DNA of 64,000 nt, taken from the IMG/VR virus record IMGVR_UViG_3300009093_000007. One strand, given 5' to 3'. This document shows positions 1 through 9,268 of the stretch, piece after piece. Position 1 is the first letter of the stretch. Every line of letters starts with the position of its first letter. This DNA comes from an uncultured virus (IMG/VR IMGVR_UViG_3300009093_000007). Taxonomy: Duplodnaviria; Heunggongvirae; Uroviricota; Caudoviricetes. Made by a program: the position numbers and the translations under genes. Below the pieces are notes generated by a model. The model made no database searches, was not told where the DNA came from, and was given only the letters and a program-made list of their open reading frames with translations.

Positions 1-50
1 CTAGATCGATTGGCGAAATAATATCCACTATTGACTCCAATATGTATAAA

Positions 51-123
51 TGGGTCCACCTGGATTCGAACCAGGGACCTGCCGGTTATGAGCCGGACGC
101 TCTAACCGCTGAGCTATGGACCC
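51..123 (-). tRNA. tRNA with CAT anticodon, most like tRNA-Ile2 (lysidine, reads AUA); tRNA-Met not excluded
   Basis: Reverse complement GGGTCCATAGCTCAGCGGTTAGAGCGTCCGGCTCATAACCGGCAGGTCCCTGGTTCGAATCCAGGTGGACCCA folds as a cloverleaf with a GTTCGAATC T-loop and CT-CAT-AA anticodon loop; no encoded CCA. Confidence 0.92.
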
Positions 124-140
124 GTGACAGGGCGTCACTA

Positions 141-278
141 TTACTTATAATTCTTACCATGAAAGCACTTCTCGGTGCGCTTACAGGTACAGGCGCCGGT
201 ACGGGTATGCTTCACCTTGCCGCGGATTTGGCGCTTGTTGACGGTCTCGAATTTCTGGACAACGGCCTTGACGCCCAT
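141..278 (-). CDS. 45-aa basic peptide MGVKAVVQKFETVNKRQIRGKVKHTRTGACTCKRTEKCFHGKNYK (not in ORF track)
   Basis: AAGGAG RBS before ATG; ends in triple stop TAA TAG TGA directly upstream of the tRNA. Confidence 0.7.
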   Translation of the reverse strand: MGVKAVVQKFETVNKRQIRGKVKHTRTGACTCKRTEKCFHGKNYK

Positions 279-289
279 GTCGATTCTCC

Positions 290-640
290 TTGGATTTTAG
301 AGTTAAAATTGACGGCCACTGGTCAACCGCTCGCTACCCATCCGGGATTAGTGCGCGAGGTGCCGCTCGCGTCATTTACCCGGCCTAAGCCTCGTCCGTT
401 GTGTGGCCGTCGATTCGCAACGGACAGGTACCACGGCGTCTCCGCCGCAGTCTCTCCTTGTCCGTCACTTGTCGTTGATAGGTCTACCGCTCACGGTTGT
501 TTCTCTCTGCCCGTTACTTTATCTCAAACCGTTTACGCCACGGGCCTAGCGGGCGTTGCGTCTCCTACCTTATTTTTCAAATATCGCGCACGACCGGCGC
601 TACCGTCGAAGAATCGAGCTAGGTACCTGACTCGACCCGA
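290..640 (-). ncRNA. candidate structured RNA or long 5' leader
   Basis: Several stems (GTCCGTTG/CAACGGAC, CGGCG-GAGA-CGCCG, CGCGAG/CTCGCG, ACGGTT/AACCGT) between a promoter and the peptide RBS. Confidence 0.4.
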
Positions 641-645
641 AGAGG

Positions 646-695
646 ACTATAGCACAGGACCTAAGCCGGCCGTATCCCGGTAAGTAAAGCGTAAG
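646..695 (-). promoter_or_regulatory. promoter with CTTACGCTTTACTTACCGGGA upstream motif and TGC-TATAGT extended -10
   Basis: Same architecture as the elements at 26417-26467 and 35942-35991. Confidence 0.55.
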
Positions 696-726
696 TCAAT
701 CCGTCCTCGAAAGGAGTCCTCCCACC

Positions 727-1134
727 ATGGCCTTCCCCCTCGAAATCGTCCGCTCTGGGATTGTCCTTGCCAACGGCCTAACCAAGGGACTACAATGCAA
801 GGTGAAGTTTGAAGCCGTCACGGGACAAGGGGCTAACGGCCGGACATACGCCGCGCCCATCTATATAGATGCCGTAGTGGATATGACAACTAAGGAACGG
901 GTGAGACCGGACGGGAAGATATTGACTATCGCGGCGACGGTGACGGTTGTGGGAGATATACCGGCTAATGGGACCGTTATAGCTGGTAACCCTCGCCGTG
1001 AGCCTGTAGATCCACGCGATAGGGTGACGTTGCCAAATGGATTCACCGGGCCTATTATCAGTGCGCCGGGTAGTGTTATCGACCCGGGTACAAATCGCGG
1101 ATTGATCCATGTGATAGAGCTGGGGGCGGTGTAG
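727..1134 (+). CDS. head-closure / head-tail adaptor protein
   Basis: AAGGAG RBS; beta-rich 135 aa with DPRDRVTLPNG pattern typical of SPP1 gp16-like proteins; position before tail genes. Confidence 0.6.
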   Translation: MAFPLEIVRSGIVLANGLTKGLQCKVKFEAVTGQGANGRTYAAPIYIDAVVDMTTKERVRPDGKILTIAATVTVVGDIPANGTVIAGNPRREPVDPRDRVTLPNGFTGPIISAPGSVIDPGTNRGLIHVIELGAV

Positions 1135-1173
1135 ATTCGTGGCAAATCTCGGAAAGGGTAAGGCAACAGGAAA

Positions 1174-1413
1174 ATGAATCTTAAGCCTCTCACGGAAAAT
1201 GATCTAATTGAAGCTTTCACATCTGACACAGAAATATGGGCTAACACGCCTTTACACGGCCCTGTCAGAGGCCGTATCAGTAGTATAGAAAAGAGTGTGT
1301 ACGGGGGACCCGCCAAAATACGTTTCAAGTATCCGTCTTACCCAGGTTTTATTTTTACCAGCTATGCTGGCGATTTCTACATAGATACCGATGTACATAA
1401 CAATTACGCCTAA
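1174..1413 (+). CDS. hypothetical protein
   Basis: AGGA RBS, operon context. Confidence 0.55.
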   Translation: MNLKPLTENDLIEAFTSDTEIWANTPLHGPVRGRISSIEKSVYGGPAKIRFKYPSYPGFIFTSYAGDFYIDTDVHNNYA

Positions 1414-1430
1414 GAAAGGGAGAGCGTCAA

Positions 1431-2018
1431 ATGTCATTCACCAGATTCTACAACAAGACCACACTAGTAAAGGATTTGCCACTTGACGATTACGAAGCGA
1501 TGGCGGATCACTTCTATTTGCGCTATTATGGGTGGTTTTTAGAGCCGATTGAAGACTTCCCGCGAACTGGTCACGACGCTTTCGTAGCACTAATTTCTGT
1601 CTGTACGATGGCGGCGCAAATAGGCGGTCTATTATATCCGTGTAATTGGTTTGATAGCCCAGAAGATAATCGTACGGCCGAATTTGCTATGCTGCTAGAA
1701 CGCTGGTTTGGCGATAGTTTTCCGGTATTTGTGATACCGGAACCATCCGATGCACTCACAGAGACCGGATTAGCTGCCAGATTCTACAAGAGTGTATTTA
1801 ACGGCAGCGGTTCTGACTCATCTGTCGGCATATCCGGTACTGGTGTATTGTATACGCGATCCGATGATGGTGTAGATATTATCGACCCATGGATTCTCCG
1901 TGACAGAGTAAAAGAAAGGTTCGAGGAGTGGTGCCGCACAGCTAAGAAAGCAGGTGGCGAAGAGGGTCGAGAACCGTATATGCGAGTGTTCCGTGCGGCG
2001 GCCGGGTTGGACAGTTAG
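1431..2018 (+). CDS. hypothetical helical protein, possibly HEPN-like and degenerate
   Basis: GGGAGAG RBS; 195-aa ORF. Confidence 0.6.
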   Translation: MSFTRFYNKTTLVKDLPLDDYEAMADHFYLRYYGWFLEPIEDFPRTGHDAFVALISVCTMAAQIGGLLYPCNWFDSPEDNRTAEFAMLLERWFGDSFPVFVIPEPSDALTETGLAARFYKSVFNGSGSDSSVGISGTGVLYTRSDDGVDIIDPWILRDRVKERFEEWCRTAKKAGGEEGREPYMRVFRAAAGLDS

Positions 2019-2095
2019 ACAGGAGGGGTATTGCCCACTCACAGTGGCTAGATACATAAACCATATTATACTATAAAAGAAAAGAGGATGAGACT

Positions 2096-5000
2096 ATGAG
2101 CGACGACAGACTAGAGGTTATAGATTTTGATTTGCATACTCGGGTCTACGACACCGTACGCGGCGAGTATGGATTAGTTGTGAAGATTCAAGACCCTGTG
2201 ATCAATGTGTATATAGAGAGATCCAATAAGGTTTTGACGTACTTTCGCACTGGCGGACCGTGGCCTAGTTTTAGGGATTTACGTTTGTTGGATGCGTACG
2301 AAGTGCCGACGGAATCGTCCACTATCACCCGCCATGACATCGCTGTTGTCATGATAACGACCGATCGCACACCGTCGTATTTCGCGCAGACTTGTCAGCT
2401 ACTAGGCGAATCTGAAGGCTTGTTGCGTGCTAATCAACTCTTAGACAGCGGTGTAGTGTTTGGTACGTTCGTCGACAATATAAAAGCCCCTAATCGTAAC
2501 GCCGCTAGTGCTTTGAAATGGGGATCAGAACGCGGACGCAAGTGGGTGTTATTCCTAGAAGACGACTTGAGATTCTGTAATCGATTCATTGACTCTGTGG
2601 CGGTGTGGCTATCAAAATACCATAGCGCCTTTGACAACGGCTCCGAACGGTACACCGTATCCCCTATTTACCTCTTTGGTTCTGCGACTATTGTCGATAC
2701 ACCTAAATCGAAAGGCATACACACTGTCTATGAGGAGCTGCCTCACGGTGACGAATGGGCGTCCGTGCCTATCGAGGGTTTTTACGGCACACAAGCTTTC
2801 GCTATTCTCGCAAAAGACGCGGAGGGTCTAGCTAAATACCTGGCGACAACCAACGATCCTGTCGGACAATATGACTTATCTATAGCTAAATGGTGTCATG
2901 ACTGCTATCCACACGTACGGCATTTCGTTACCTCTATCCCTTCTTTCGTCCAACATATTGGCGAGGAATCGAGTATTCGCCCGTGCGGGCCACATTTTAC
3001 TTTCCCGTCGTGGCGGGGGGAGAAATGGAGTTACGTACAACAGGACGTAGATGACAAGCGCAAAGAAGCCGTAGAAGGTATATTCGCGGAGGCTGTAAAG
3101 GGTGGTGGTAGGTTCGCAGAGGTACCGGGCTCCGATAGCGACGGCAACCTCCAGCCGCAATCGGCCTTGACTTCTGCCAAACCGTGGAATTTAATCTGCA
3201 CACGCTGTGGCAAGCCTATAGATGAAATGGACGTATCCGTGGGCGATCGCAAGGCCGGTGACAACAGCCCTGGATATAAGTTTGCCCACTACGCCTGTTA
3301 CTCTGCTGGCGAAATATCGCATCCTTTGCACGATCCTGGCCATTTCAAAAACCCCGATCGTATTTTGATGTGTGAAGCGCCACCGTCAGCCAACTTCTAC
3401 AGTGCCGGTCAAGTGGCGGAAGACGCAAAAAAGAAGATGGCCGTGATTGTCGCGGACGGTTACAGTCCCGATATAGTGTTAGCGTCGTCGTCTCAAATAC
3501 CGTCGCTAAAGCAATCGCCAGAGGATACCTTAACGATTAAGCCCGGTATGCTTATACAGTACAATAATGGCACCGCAGTGGCTATACCTTCTAGTGAAGT
3601 ACACACCTGTACTAATCCGATTTGTCAAGACCGCGCACCGAGTGACGCAGAAGATCTGCCGCCCGAAGTCGTGTACGATGACAACGACGGCAAAGGTGAT
3701 CTATCCGCTCCCGTCTTCACAACCTCTCGCCGCGTCCGTGCCGAGGATTTCCGCTCCGACTGGTTACGTCAATTAGCGACGGAAATGGACGAACCTGTCA
3801 GAATGCACAGGAAGTTGTGGGAGTACGCAGCGATTGCTAAGGTTGCTATGGAGCGCACAGGTTGCGGTACGTTCAATGGTGGGTCGCGTCCGCGCGTCCT
3901 CGGCTTCGGCGTAGGACGTGACCCTCTAGCCGCGTGGTTTGCCAGTCGCGGCGCCGTTGTCGTCGCGACAGATAAACCCGAAGATACGACTAGCGACGAC
4001 TGGAAATCCACTGGCCAGCATGCGAACGGGAAAGATCAATTGCGACGGTTGAAGAGCACGACGGATGAGGACTGGGGACGTATACATTACGCCGAATTCG
4101 ATATGAATGCTATAGGGACACCCGCTGTCAATAGGCTGCTTAATGGTTGTACGGATGACGGCTATGACCTCACCTTCTCCTGTGGCTCTTTCGAGCATAT
4201 CGGCGGCATTCAAGCGTCCATCGATTTCTTCGTTCGCCAGATGGCCTTCCTAAAACCGGGTGGGATCGCCGTCCATACTACGGAGTATTCCACTCTTCAT
4301 ACCATGCTTGACTCGCCCGACCTCTGCTTACTTCGTTCGTGTGATATCGCCGTCATCGCTAGACGGTTAGCAGAACAGGGGGACTTGCTCCTCCCGTTCG
4401 ATCCTACGCCGGGCAACGAGCCGGCTGACTTCTACATCGACCGACCACCGTATCCGGGCAATCTAGTGACACCGGCAGAGGTGGCTATCCCGGGCACTAC
4501 ACTAGGCGCTATCGGCCCGTGGCACTTGTCTATGGAAGTGGGCGGGCATATTACGACGTCGATTGTGTTGATTGCGATACGTGGCGGTATAGCAGAGCGA
4601 AAGCCTACCCCGGCCGAAGAACGACAAATTAAGCTTGAACGATATGTTGACAACAGCCCAAGCGGCAAAGCGTATCGTCAATTTAAATACGGTATGGCGA
4701 ATCGTAGGCAATCCGTACTCTTCCTTGGCGATGCCGTAGTATCATCCGGTTTTGCCAAATCCACACACAAAGTCTGCGATTACCTCGACGCACACGGATG
4801 GGATGTCAGAGTTATAGGCATGAACTACTACGGCGAACCGGATGCCGATTGGCCCTATGAATATCCCATTCATCCCGCATTCGACCCTATTCACGGCCCA
4901 TCGTCGCCAGATGGCTCTACTCTTCTCCCACGATTGATCTACGAACACCGTCCGGACATTGTCGTAATTCAACAAGACCCATGGAATATTCCAACTTACA

Positions 5001-5971
5001 CCTGTGCGATAGATCAGGCGTTCTCCATTATCGACCGCGCTACCCCTCCTATTGTCGGCTTCCTCGCCGTTGATGGCGCCAACCAAGCCGGTGTGCCATT
5101 GAATCGTCTCGCGGCCGTGGCGACGTGGACGCAATATGGTCTATCCGAATTACGTGCCGGTGGCTACACCGGACCCGGGTATGTAATCCCGCTAGGCGTT
5201 GATACCGAAGTATTCCGTCCGCTCGATCGTCAAGCGATTCGACGTAAGTTCGCTGAATCCGTTCGCTCGATGCCCGGGAAATTGGCGAGCGATATTGACA
5301 TAGAGACAGCGTTTATCGTCGGATTCGTAGGGCGTAATCAACCGCGGAAGAGGATCGATTTACTCCTGCAATCATTCTCAGAGTGGATTCACGGCGCGCA
5401 TGGTAATGAACCTATCGCCAACGCTATGCTCGTCCTTCACGTGGGCCCTACCGGCGACACGGGATTTGATATTCCCTCTCTCGTTCGGTATTGTAGGCTT
5501 GACGGACGGACTATCGTCTATACGCCGGAGATTGGCCAGGGCGAGACTGAGGAATGGCTGTGTGAGTTATATAACACGTTCGACCTATTCGCCACGTGTA
5601 CGCAAGGCGAGGGGTTTTGGTTGCCGGGGTTTGAGGCGGCGGCGTGTGGTGTGCCGATTGTAGCGCCGAGGTACTCAGCTATAAATGAGCTGTTCGGCAG
5701 ATCCGCTATGATGGCTGAGTGTGTGAGTACGATAGCCAGTGCGCCTATCAACGGTGCCATGTATACATTGGGCGGGTTGGTGTCGATCAAACACTTCGTA
5801 CAAATAGCGTATAATATGTACCGCTCTAGAACTTTGCGTGACGCAGTAGCTGAGAATTGCCTGCGGCTGGCGCATGAATATTCTTGGCAATCAACCGGCC
5901 TACGTTTCGAAAACATGTTACGTGCGACGTTAGGGTTAGAGATGGTAATACCGTTAGACTTTCTAGGCTAG
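2096..5971 (+). CDS. multidomain GT-A glycosyltransferase + SAM methyltransferase + GT-B (GT4-like) glycosyltransferase
   Basis: VLFLEDDL and FVQHIG (GT-A); VLGFGVG and SCGSFEHIG (class I MTase); SGFAK, FVGRNQPRKRID, EGFWLPGFEAAACGVP (GT4). Confidence 0.85.
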   Translation: MSDDRLEVIDFDLHTRVYDTVRGEYGLVVKIQDPVINVYIERSNKVLTYFRTGGPWPSFRDLRLLDAYEVPTESSTITRHDIAVVMITTDRTPSYFAQTCQLLGESEGLLRANQLLDSGVVFGTFVDNIKAPNRNAASALKWGSERGRKWVLFLEDDLRFCNRFIDSVAVWLSKYHSAFDNGSERYTVSPIYLFGSATIVDTPKSKGIHTVYEELPHGDEWASVPIEGFYGTQAFAILAKDAEGLAKYLATTNDPVGQYDLSIAKWCHDCYPHVRHFVTSIPSFVQHIGEESSIRPCGPHFTFPSWRGEKWSYVQQDVDDKRKEAVEGIFAEAVKGGGRFAEVPGSDSDGNLQPQSALTSAKPWNLICTRCGKPIDEMDVSVGDRKAGDNSPGYKFAHYACYSAGEISHPLHDPGHFKNPDRILMCEAPPSANFYSAGQVAEDAKKKMAVIVADGYSPDIVLASSSQIPSLKQSPEDTLTIKPGMLIQYNNGTAVAIPSSEVHTCTNPICQDRAPSDAEDLPPEVVYDDNDGKGDLSAPVFTTSRRVRAEDFRSDWLRQLATEMDEPVRMHRKLWEYAAIAKVAMERTGCGTFNGGSRPRVLGFGVGRDPLAAWFASRGAVVVATDKPEDTTSDDWKSTGQHANGKDQLRRLKSTTDEDWGRIHYAEFDMNAIGTPAVNRLLNGCTDDGYDLTFSCGSFEHIGGIQASIDFFVRQMAFLKPGGIAVHTTEYSTLHTMLDSPDLCLLRSCDIAVIARRLAEQGDLLLPFDPTPGNEPADFYIDRPPYPGNLVTPAEVAIPGTTLGAIGPWHLSMEVGGHITTSIVLIAIRGGIAERKPTPAEERQIKLERYVDNSPSGKAYRQFKYGMANRRQSVLFLGDAVVSSGFAKSTHKVCDYLDAHGWDVRVIGMNYYGEPDADWPYEYPIHPAFDPIHGPSSPDGSTLLPRLIYEHRPDIVVIQQDPWNIPTYTCAIDQAFSIIDRATPPIVGFLAVDGANQAGVPLNRLAAVATWTQYGLSELRAGGYTGPGYVIPLGVDTEVFRPLDRQAIRRKFAESVRSMPGKLASDIDIETAFIVGFVGRNQPRKRIDLLLQSFSEWIHGAHGNEPIANAMLVLHVGPTGDTGFDIPSLVRYCRLDGRTIVYTPEIGQGETEEWLCELYNTFDLFATCTQGEGFWLPGFEAAACGVPIVAPRYSAINELFGRSAMMAECVSTIASAPINGAMYTLGGLVSIKHFVQIAYNMYRSRTLRDAVAENCLRLAHEYSWQSTGLRFENMLRATLGLEMVIPLDFLG

Positions 5972-5983
5972 ATATACCGTCCT

Positions 5984-6391
5984 ATGGCCTACTACCTCGA
6001 ACTCCTCGCTATTCAACGCCCGTTCGCTATCGGTCACGATGACGACGGGCGAGCGTTATTCTCTTTCAATCTCCGCGCGGTAGGATTCGAAGCCAATTCC
6101 ACCTGGGAGGATGACATCGCCACCTTGATTTCCGGGGCCGGTCTTGGTACTCTGTGGTCCGACATGTTCATAGGATCATCGGCGGATATTCCATCGGGGT
6201 CGGCGAATACCACTCCGTATGTAGAGATCATTGGCACCGGCGGGATGGCCACAAAATTCACAGCCGAAGATAATCAGCTTACCAATCTTAGCGTACAGAT
6301 CATGGTCCGTGCGGTCGGATATCAAAACGCGCAGACGAAAGCTAATCAGATATTCGAACTGTTGAACGGGAAAAGGAATTTCCAAGTATAA
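5984..6391 (+). CDS. tail terminator / tail completion protein
   Basis: SVQIMVRA..Y..A..KA..IFELL pattern; position before tail tube. Confidence 0.65.
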   Translation: MAYYLELLAIQRPFAIGHDDDGRALFSFNLRAVGFEANSTWEDDIATLISGAGLGTLWSDMFIGSSADIPSGSANTTPYVEIIGTGGMATKFTAEDNQLTNLSVQIMVRAVGYQNAQTKANQIFELLNGKRNFQV

Positions 6392-6518
6392 GCCGCGCAC
6401 CATATACCATATCTACGTATGCCACACCACACCACGCCACACCACACTATCCACATCGAAAGGAGACTACCCTACGACCTCGCCTTAACCTCTCGACCGT
6501 TAAAATAGGAGCCCTGCC

Positions 6519-7013
6519 ATGCCCGTCACCCCTCACGGCCCACAAGCCGGCCACGGCGTTGTAATGTCGTTAGAGTTAGACCCGGTGGGCGCACCGGGCG
6601 TATTCACCCGTCTCGCGAACATAACCTCCGGCATCGACCTCCCCAAACATGATCGGCGCGAATCTGAGATCACAGCCCACGACAATACCATTGACGATTG
6701 GATGCTGTCGGTCCCGATGCGGGACGTCCTAACTGTTACGGCGGCGTTCTGTTTTGACAACCCCAGCCACGACCACGTAACGGGTGCTATTCATCTCTAC
6801 TATTGGGGCGGCACTTTCGGTGTCAAATTCGACGGCCCGGCATATCCTAACGGCGATTCGTCCGGATTCTATATGGCTAGTGGGCAGATGAAAACATATC
6901 AGATAAAGCAACCAAACCTCCAGGGCGAGCGCCAGTTAGATCTCACCTTCCGCTTCCGCGGGGCAGAGATCATCTCCGCGCCAGCTACCGGTGCCGTTCG
7001 ATACGGCACGTAA
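6519..7013 (+). CDS. major tail (tube) protein
   Basis: AGGAG RBS; EITAHD motif, 164 aa; immediately upstream of chaperone. Confidence 0.75.
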   Translation: MPVTPHGPQAGHGVVMSLELDPVGAPGVFTRLANITSGIDLPKHDRRESEITAHDNTIDDWMLSVPMRDVLTVTAAFCFDNPSHDHVTGAIHLYYWGGTFGVKFDGPAYPNGDSSGFYMASGQMKTYQIKQPNLQGERQLDLTFRFRGAEIISAPATGAVRYGT

Positions 7014-7066
7014 GCGCCAAAGTCCTCGATGACATAAAACTAACTGAGACAAGATCAAAGGAGACT

Positions 7067-7651
7067 ATGACTATGTCACCAAATCTCACTGCCGCCCTAC
7101 TCGCCGAGCGCGCCAAGCGTGTAACCGCCGTCGATATTCCAGAGATCAACGCAACCGTTCACGTGCGGAAGCCGTCGTATAGCGAGGGCATTAACTATGC
7201 GCGTAAAAATAAAGATTTACCGAAGGCTGGCGACGGCGGCGAAGGCGGCGATAATCAGGACGTGCAAATCGCCCTAATGGAGGACATGCTCATCCTTCTA
7301 GTTGTCGACCCCGAAACCATGGAACCGTTATTCTCCGCCGACCATCGCCCGTCCGATATCTTCCCTGTCGAGGAATTCATGGCGTTCATGCTGACGTGTT
7401 TGAATGCGACGGGGATTCTCAATACCACACCAGTGACGACGGCGGCGACCACTGTGGAAGTGTCAGACACACGGGAGGGCGAAGAGGGGGCCGGCCCTTT
7501 GGAGGATGGGACCACAAACGACCTTTCACTAGTGGAGACGACAGGGACAACGGCGGAGGAGACGACGGAAAAGGAGACGTTAGAAGCAGCGGTCCCGGCC
7601 TCGACCTTGCCGAATGCCACCGGTTCATCTACCGCCTTGCCGCTCAACTAG
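7067..7651 (+). CDS. tail assembly chaperone (gpG-like)
   Basis: VDIPEINATVHVRKPS and VVDPETMEPLFS patterns; position. Confidence 0.75.
   Translation: MTMSPNLTAALLAERAKRVTAVDIPEINATVHVRKPSYSEGINYARKNKDLPKAGDGGEGGDNQDVQIALMEDMLILLVVDPETMEPLFSADHRPSDIFPVEEFMAFMLTCLNATGILNTTPVTTAATTVEVSDTREGEEGAGPLEDGTTNDLSLVETTGTTAEETTEKETLEAAVPASTLPNATGSSTALPLN
7495..7501 (+). other. candidate -1 slippery site C CCT TTG (alternative G GAA AAG near 7567-7573)
   Basis: XXXYYYZ heptamer in the gpG frame; a -1 slip enters the downstream gpT-like frame. Confidence 0.5.
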
Positions 7652-7986
7652 GTATATGGGACGTTGAATCATGGCTAAGTGATCCGTGGGCCGGGTTGAC
7701 ATGGGAACAATTCGGGCTATGGATTCAATATTACGCGGTAGAGCCGTTCGGCGAAGAAAGAGAGGACTATCGGATCGGAACTTTGATAGCATTAACGGCG
7801 AATATTAACCGCGATCCAAAGTCAAAACCGGACCCGTTCACACCTTACGATTTTATGCCATATATGAAACGGCCGGAAGCGCACGAGAGCGAGGAGGATA
7901 TACACCATCGTCAATTGGAGAAGTGGGAAGCGTTCGTGATTGAATCAACGGCGGCAGCTATGGCGAGGTCGAAAAAGGTGATGTGA
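7495..7986 (+). CDS. gpT-like frameshift extension of tail chaperone
   Basis: RFIYRLAAQLG...W..YY..EPFGEEREDYR...N.NR...F.P.DFMP resembles tail assembly protein T; -1 frame relative to gpG. Confidence 0.75.
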   Translation, partial: PFGGWDHKRPFTSGDDRDNGGGDDGKGDVRSSGPGLDLAECHRFIYRLAAQLGIWDVESWLSDPWAGLTWEQFGLWIQYYAVEPFGEEREDYRIGTLIALTANINRDPKSKPDPFTPYDFMPYMKRPEAHESEEDIHHRQLEKWEAFVIESTAAAMARSKKVM

Positions 7987-8882
7987 GTGTGATTAGGGGC
8001 ATCTTACTTCTAAAACCTCGATACGACCCCGGTACGTACGTACGGAATAAGAAAGGTGGTCGCATGGGTTGGCACGAAATCCTTTATAAGAGTTGTTTGG
8101 ACATCGCCGCCGGCCGTCCCACAGACGAGCCCACAGGCGAAACCCTCATGCTCGACAGTGGTACGTCCAACTTTAAATGGATGTCTGCGGCGTGGTGGTA
8201 TGGGTGGGCGCTGGCTAGTGGATCGCCCAGCAAACTCGCAGCCGCACAGGAGCGCGTCCTTTCTCTCTACGCCGAGGAACGCCGTACGGGTCATCAATTA
8301 CTAGAGCAGACCTGCCCATCCCCGCACGACAATTTCCATCGTATGGCCCATGCCGTTATACGCGCTCTAGTTGTAAAACAATCACAATACCTTACGTCTG
8401 TAAACCAGGCTCGCACGGGTGTTATCGGCGAGCAGAACGCCATATGGTGGGGATGGCGATTAGCTCTCGACCGCGCAGGGGCTACCCCAGACGGCCAGAT
8501 CATCCTGCCCGGCTGTCGAGGCGACGGCGCGCCGCTGAGTCAAGTAGCGGATTCCATCTATCGCATGTGCATGGGACTGCCGCAGCGTGGGCCGGCCGCA
8601 CGCGAACCATGGTGGCAAGATCCGGCGTACGGCGGCGGCGCTCCGTCGATACTGAGAGATCTAATGGGGCCGGGGCCGTGGAAGATAACCATTCCCGATC
8701 TGCCAAAGTTGCGGTTGAAGATGGAAGGGACACACTATAGCGGAGGATTCAAACTGAGTCTAGCAGGATCGCCCGAACGAACACCTATTATATCGGAAGT
8801 GTCTGTCCGTTTCAATGCGCCCGGACAGCACAGAATCGAATTCGTCAAGGATTGGGATGAGTCGACACGGGCGGTACTCTAG
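7983..8882 (+). CDS. hypothetical protein
   Basis: 299-aa ORF coupled to neighbours. Confidence 0.6.
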   Translation: MSVIRGILLLKPRYDPGTYVRNKKGGRMGWHEILYKSCLDIAAGRPTDEPTGETLMLDSGTSNFKWMSAAWWYGWALASGSPSKLAAAQERVLSLYAEERRTGHQLLEQTCPSPHDNFHRMAHAVIRALVVKQSQYLTSVNQARTGVIGEQNAIWWGWRLALDRAGATPDGQIILPGCRGDGAPLSQVADSIYRMCMGLPQRGPAAREPWWQDPAYGGGAPSILRDLMGPGPWKITIPDLPKLRLKMEGTHYSGGFKLSLAGSPERTPIISEVSVRFNAPGQHRIEFVKDWDESTRAVL

Positions 8883-9229
8883 TGCCTACGTCGTTAACAC
8901 CAGACTCGATAGCCAAACTCCACCGTGATTTTCTCGCGCGCGTGGTAGCCGCTGTGGACGGTGAAGGAGATAATTTCCTAGCTGCTACACAAGCGGCGGT
9001 CCCTGTAATAACGGGTGCGTTGAAAGCGTCCGGCAAGAAGTCGGATGTCGTAGTGGACTCCGCTACCGGTTCGGTGTCCGTAACTGTCTCTTATGGCAAT
9101 CCGTCCGCTCCGTACGCCGCATACGTCCACGAAATCCCAACCGGCCAGCATCCTAAATACGTGGAAGGTCCGTTGAACGAGCTATCACCCGGGCTAATGT
9201 CACGTATCGCTAGTAAGATTAAGTCGTAA
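8882..9229 (+). CDS. HK97 gp10-like neck/tail component
   Basis: VPV.TGALKASG, APYAAYVHE, PKYVE.P motifs. Confidence 0.75.
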   Translation: MPTSLTPDSIAKLHRDFLARVVAAVDGEGDNFLAATQAAVPVITGALKASGKKSDVVVDSATGSVSVTVSYGNPSAPYAAYVHEIPTGQHPKYVEGPLNELSPGLMSRIASKIKS

Positions 9230-9268
9230 CAATCTGCCGACATCTATTACCATCTTACCACCTACCCC

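Noticed and set aside
42..683. 213-aa plus-strand ORF
   Set aside because: Antisense to the tRNA and peptide, no RBS; shadow ORF
6395..6460. CCACA repeats before the tail tube gene
   Set aside because: Short low-complexity tract without spacers or other support
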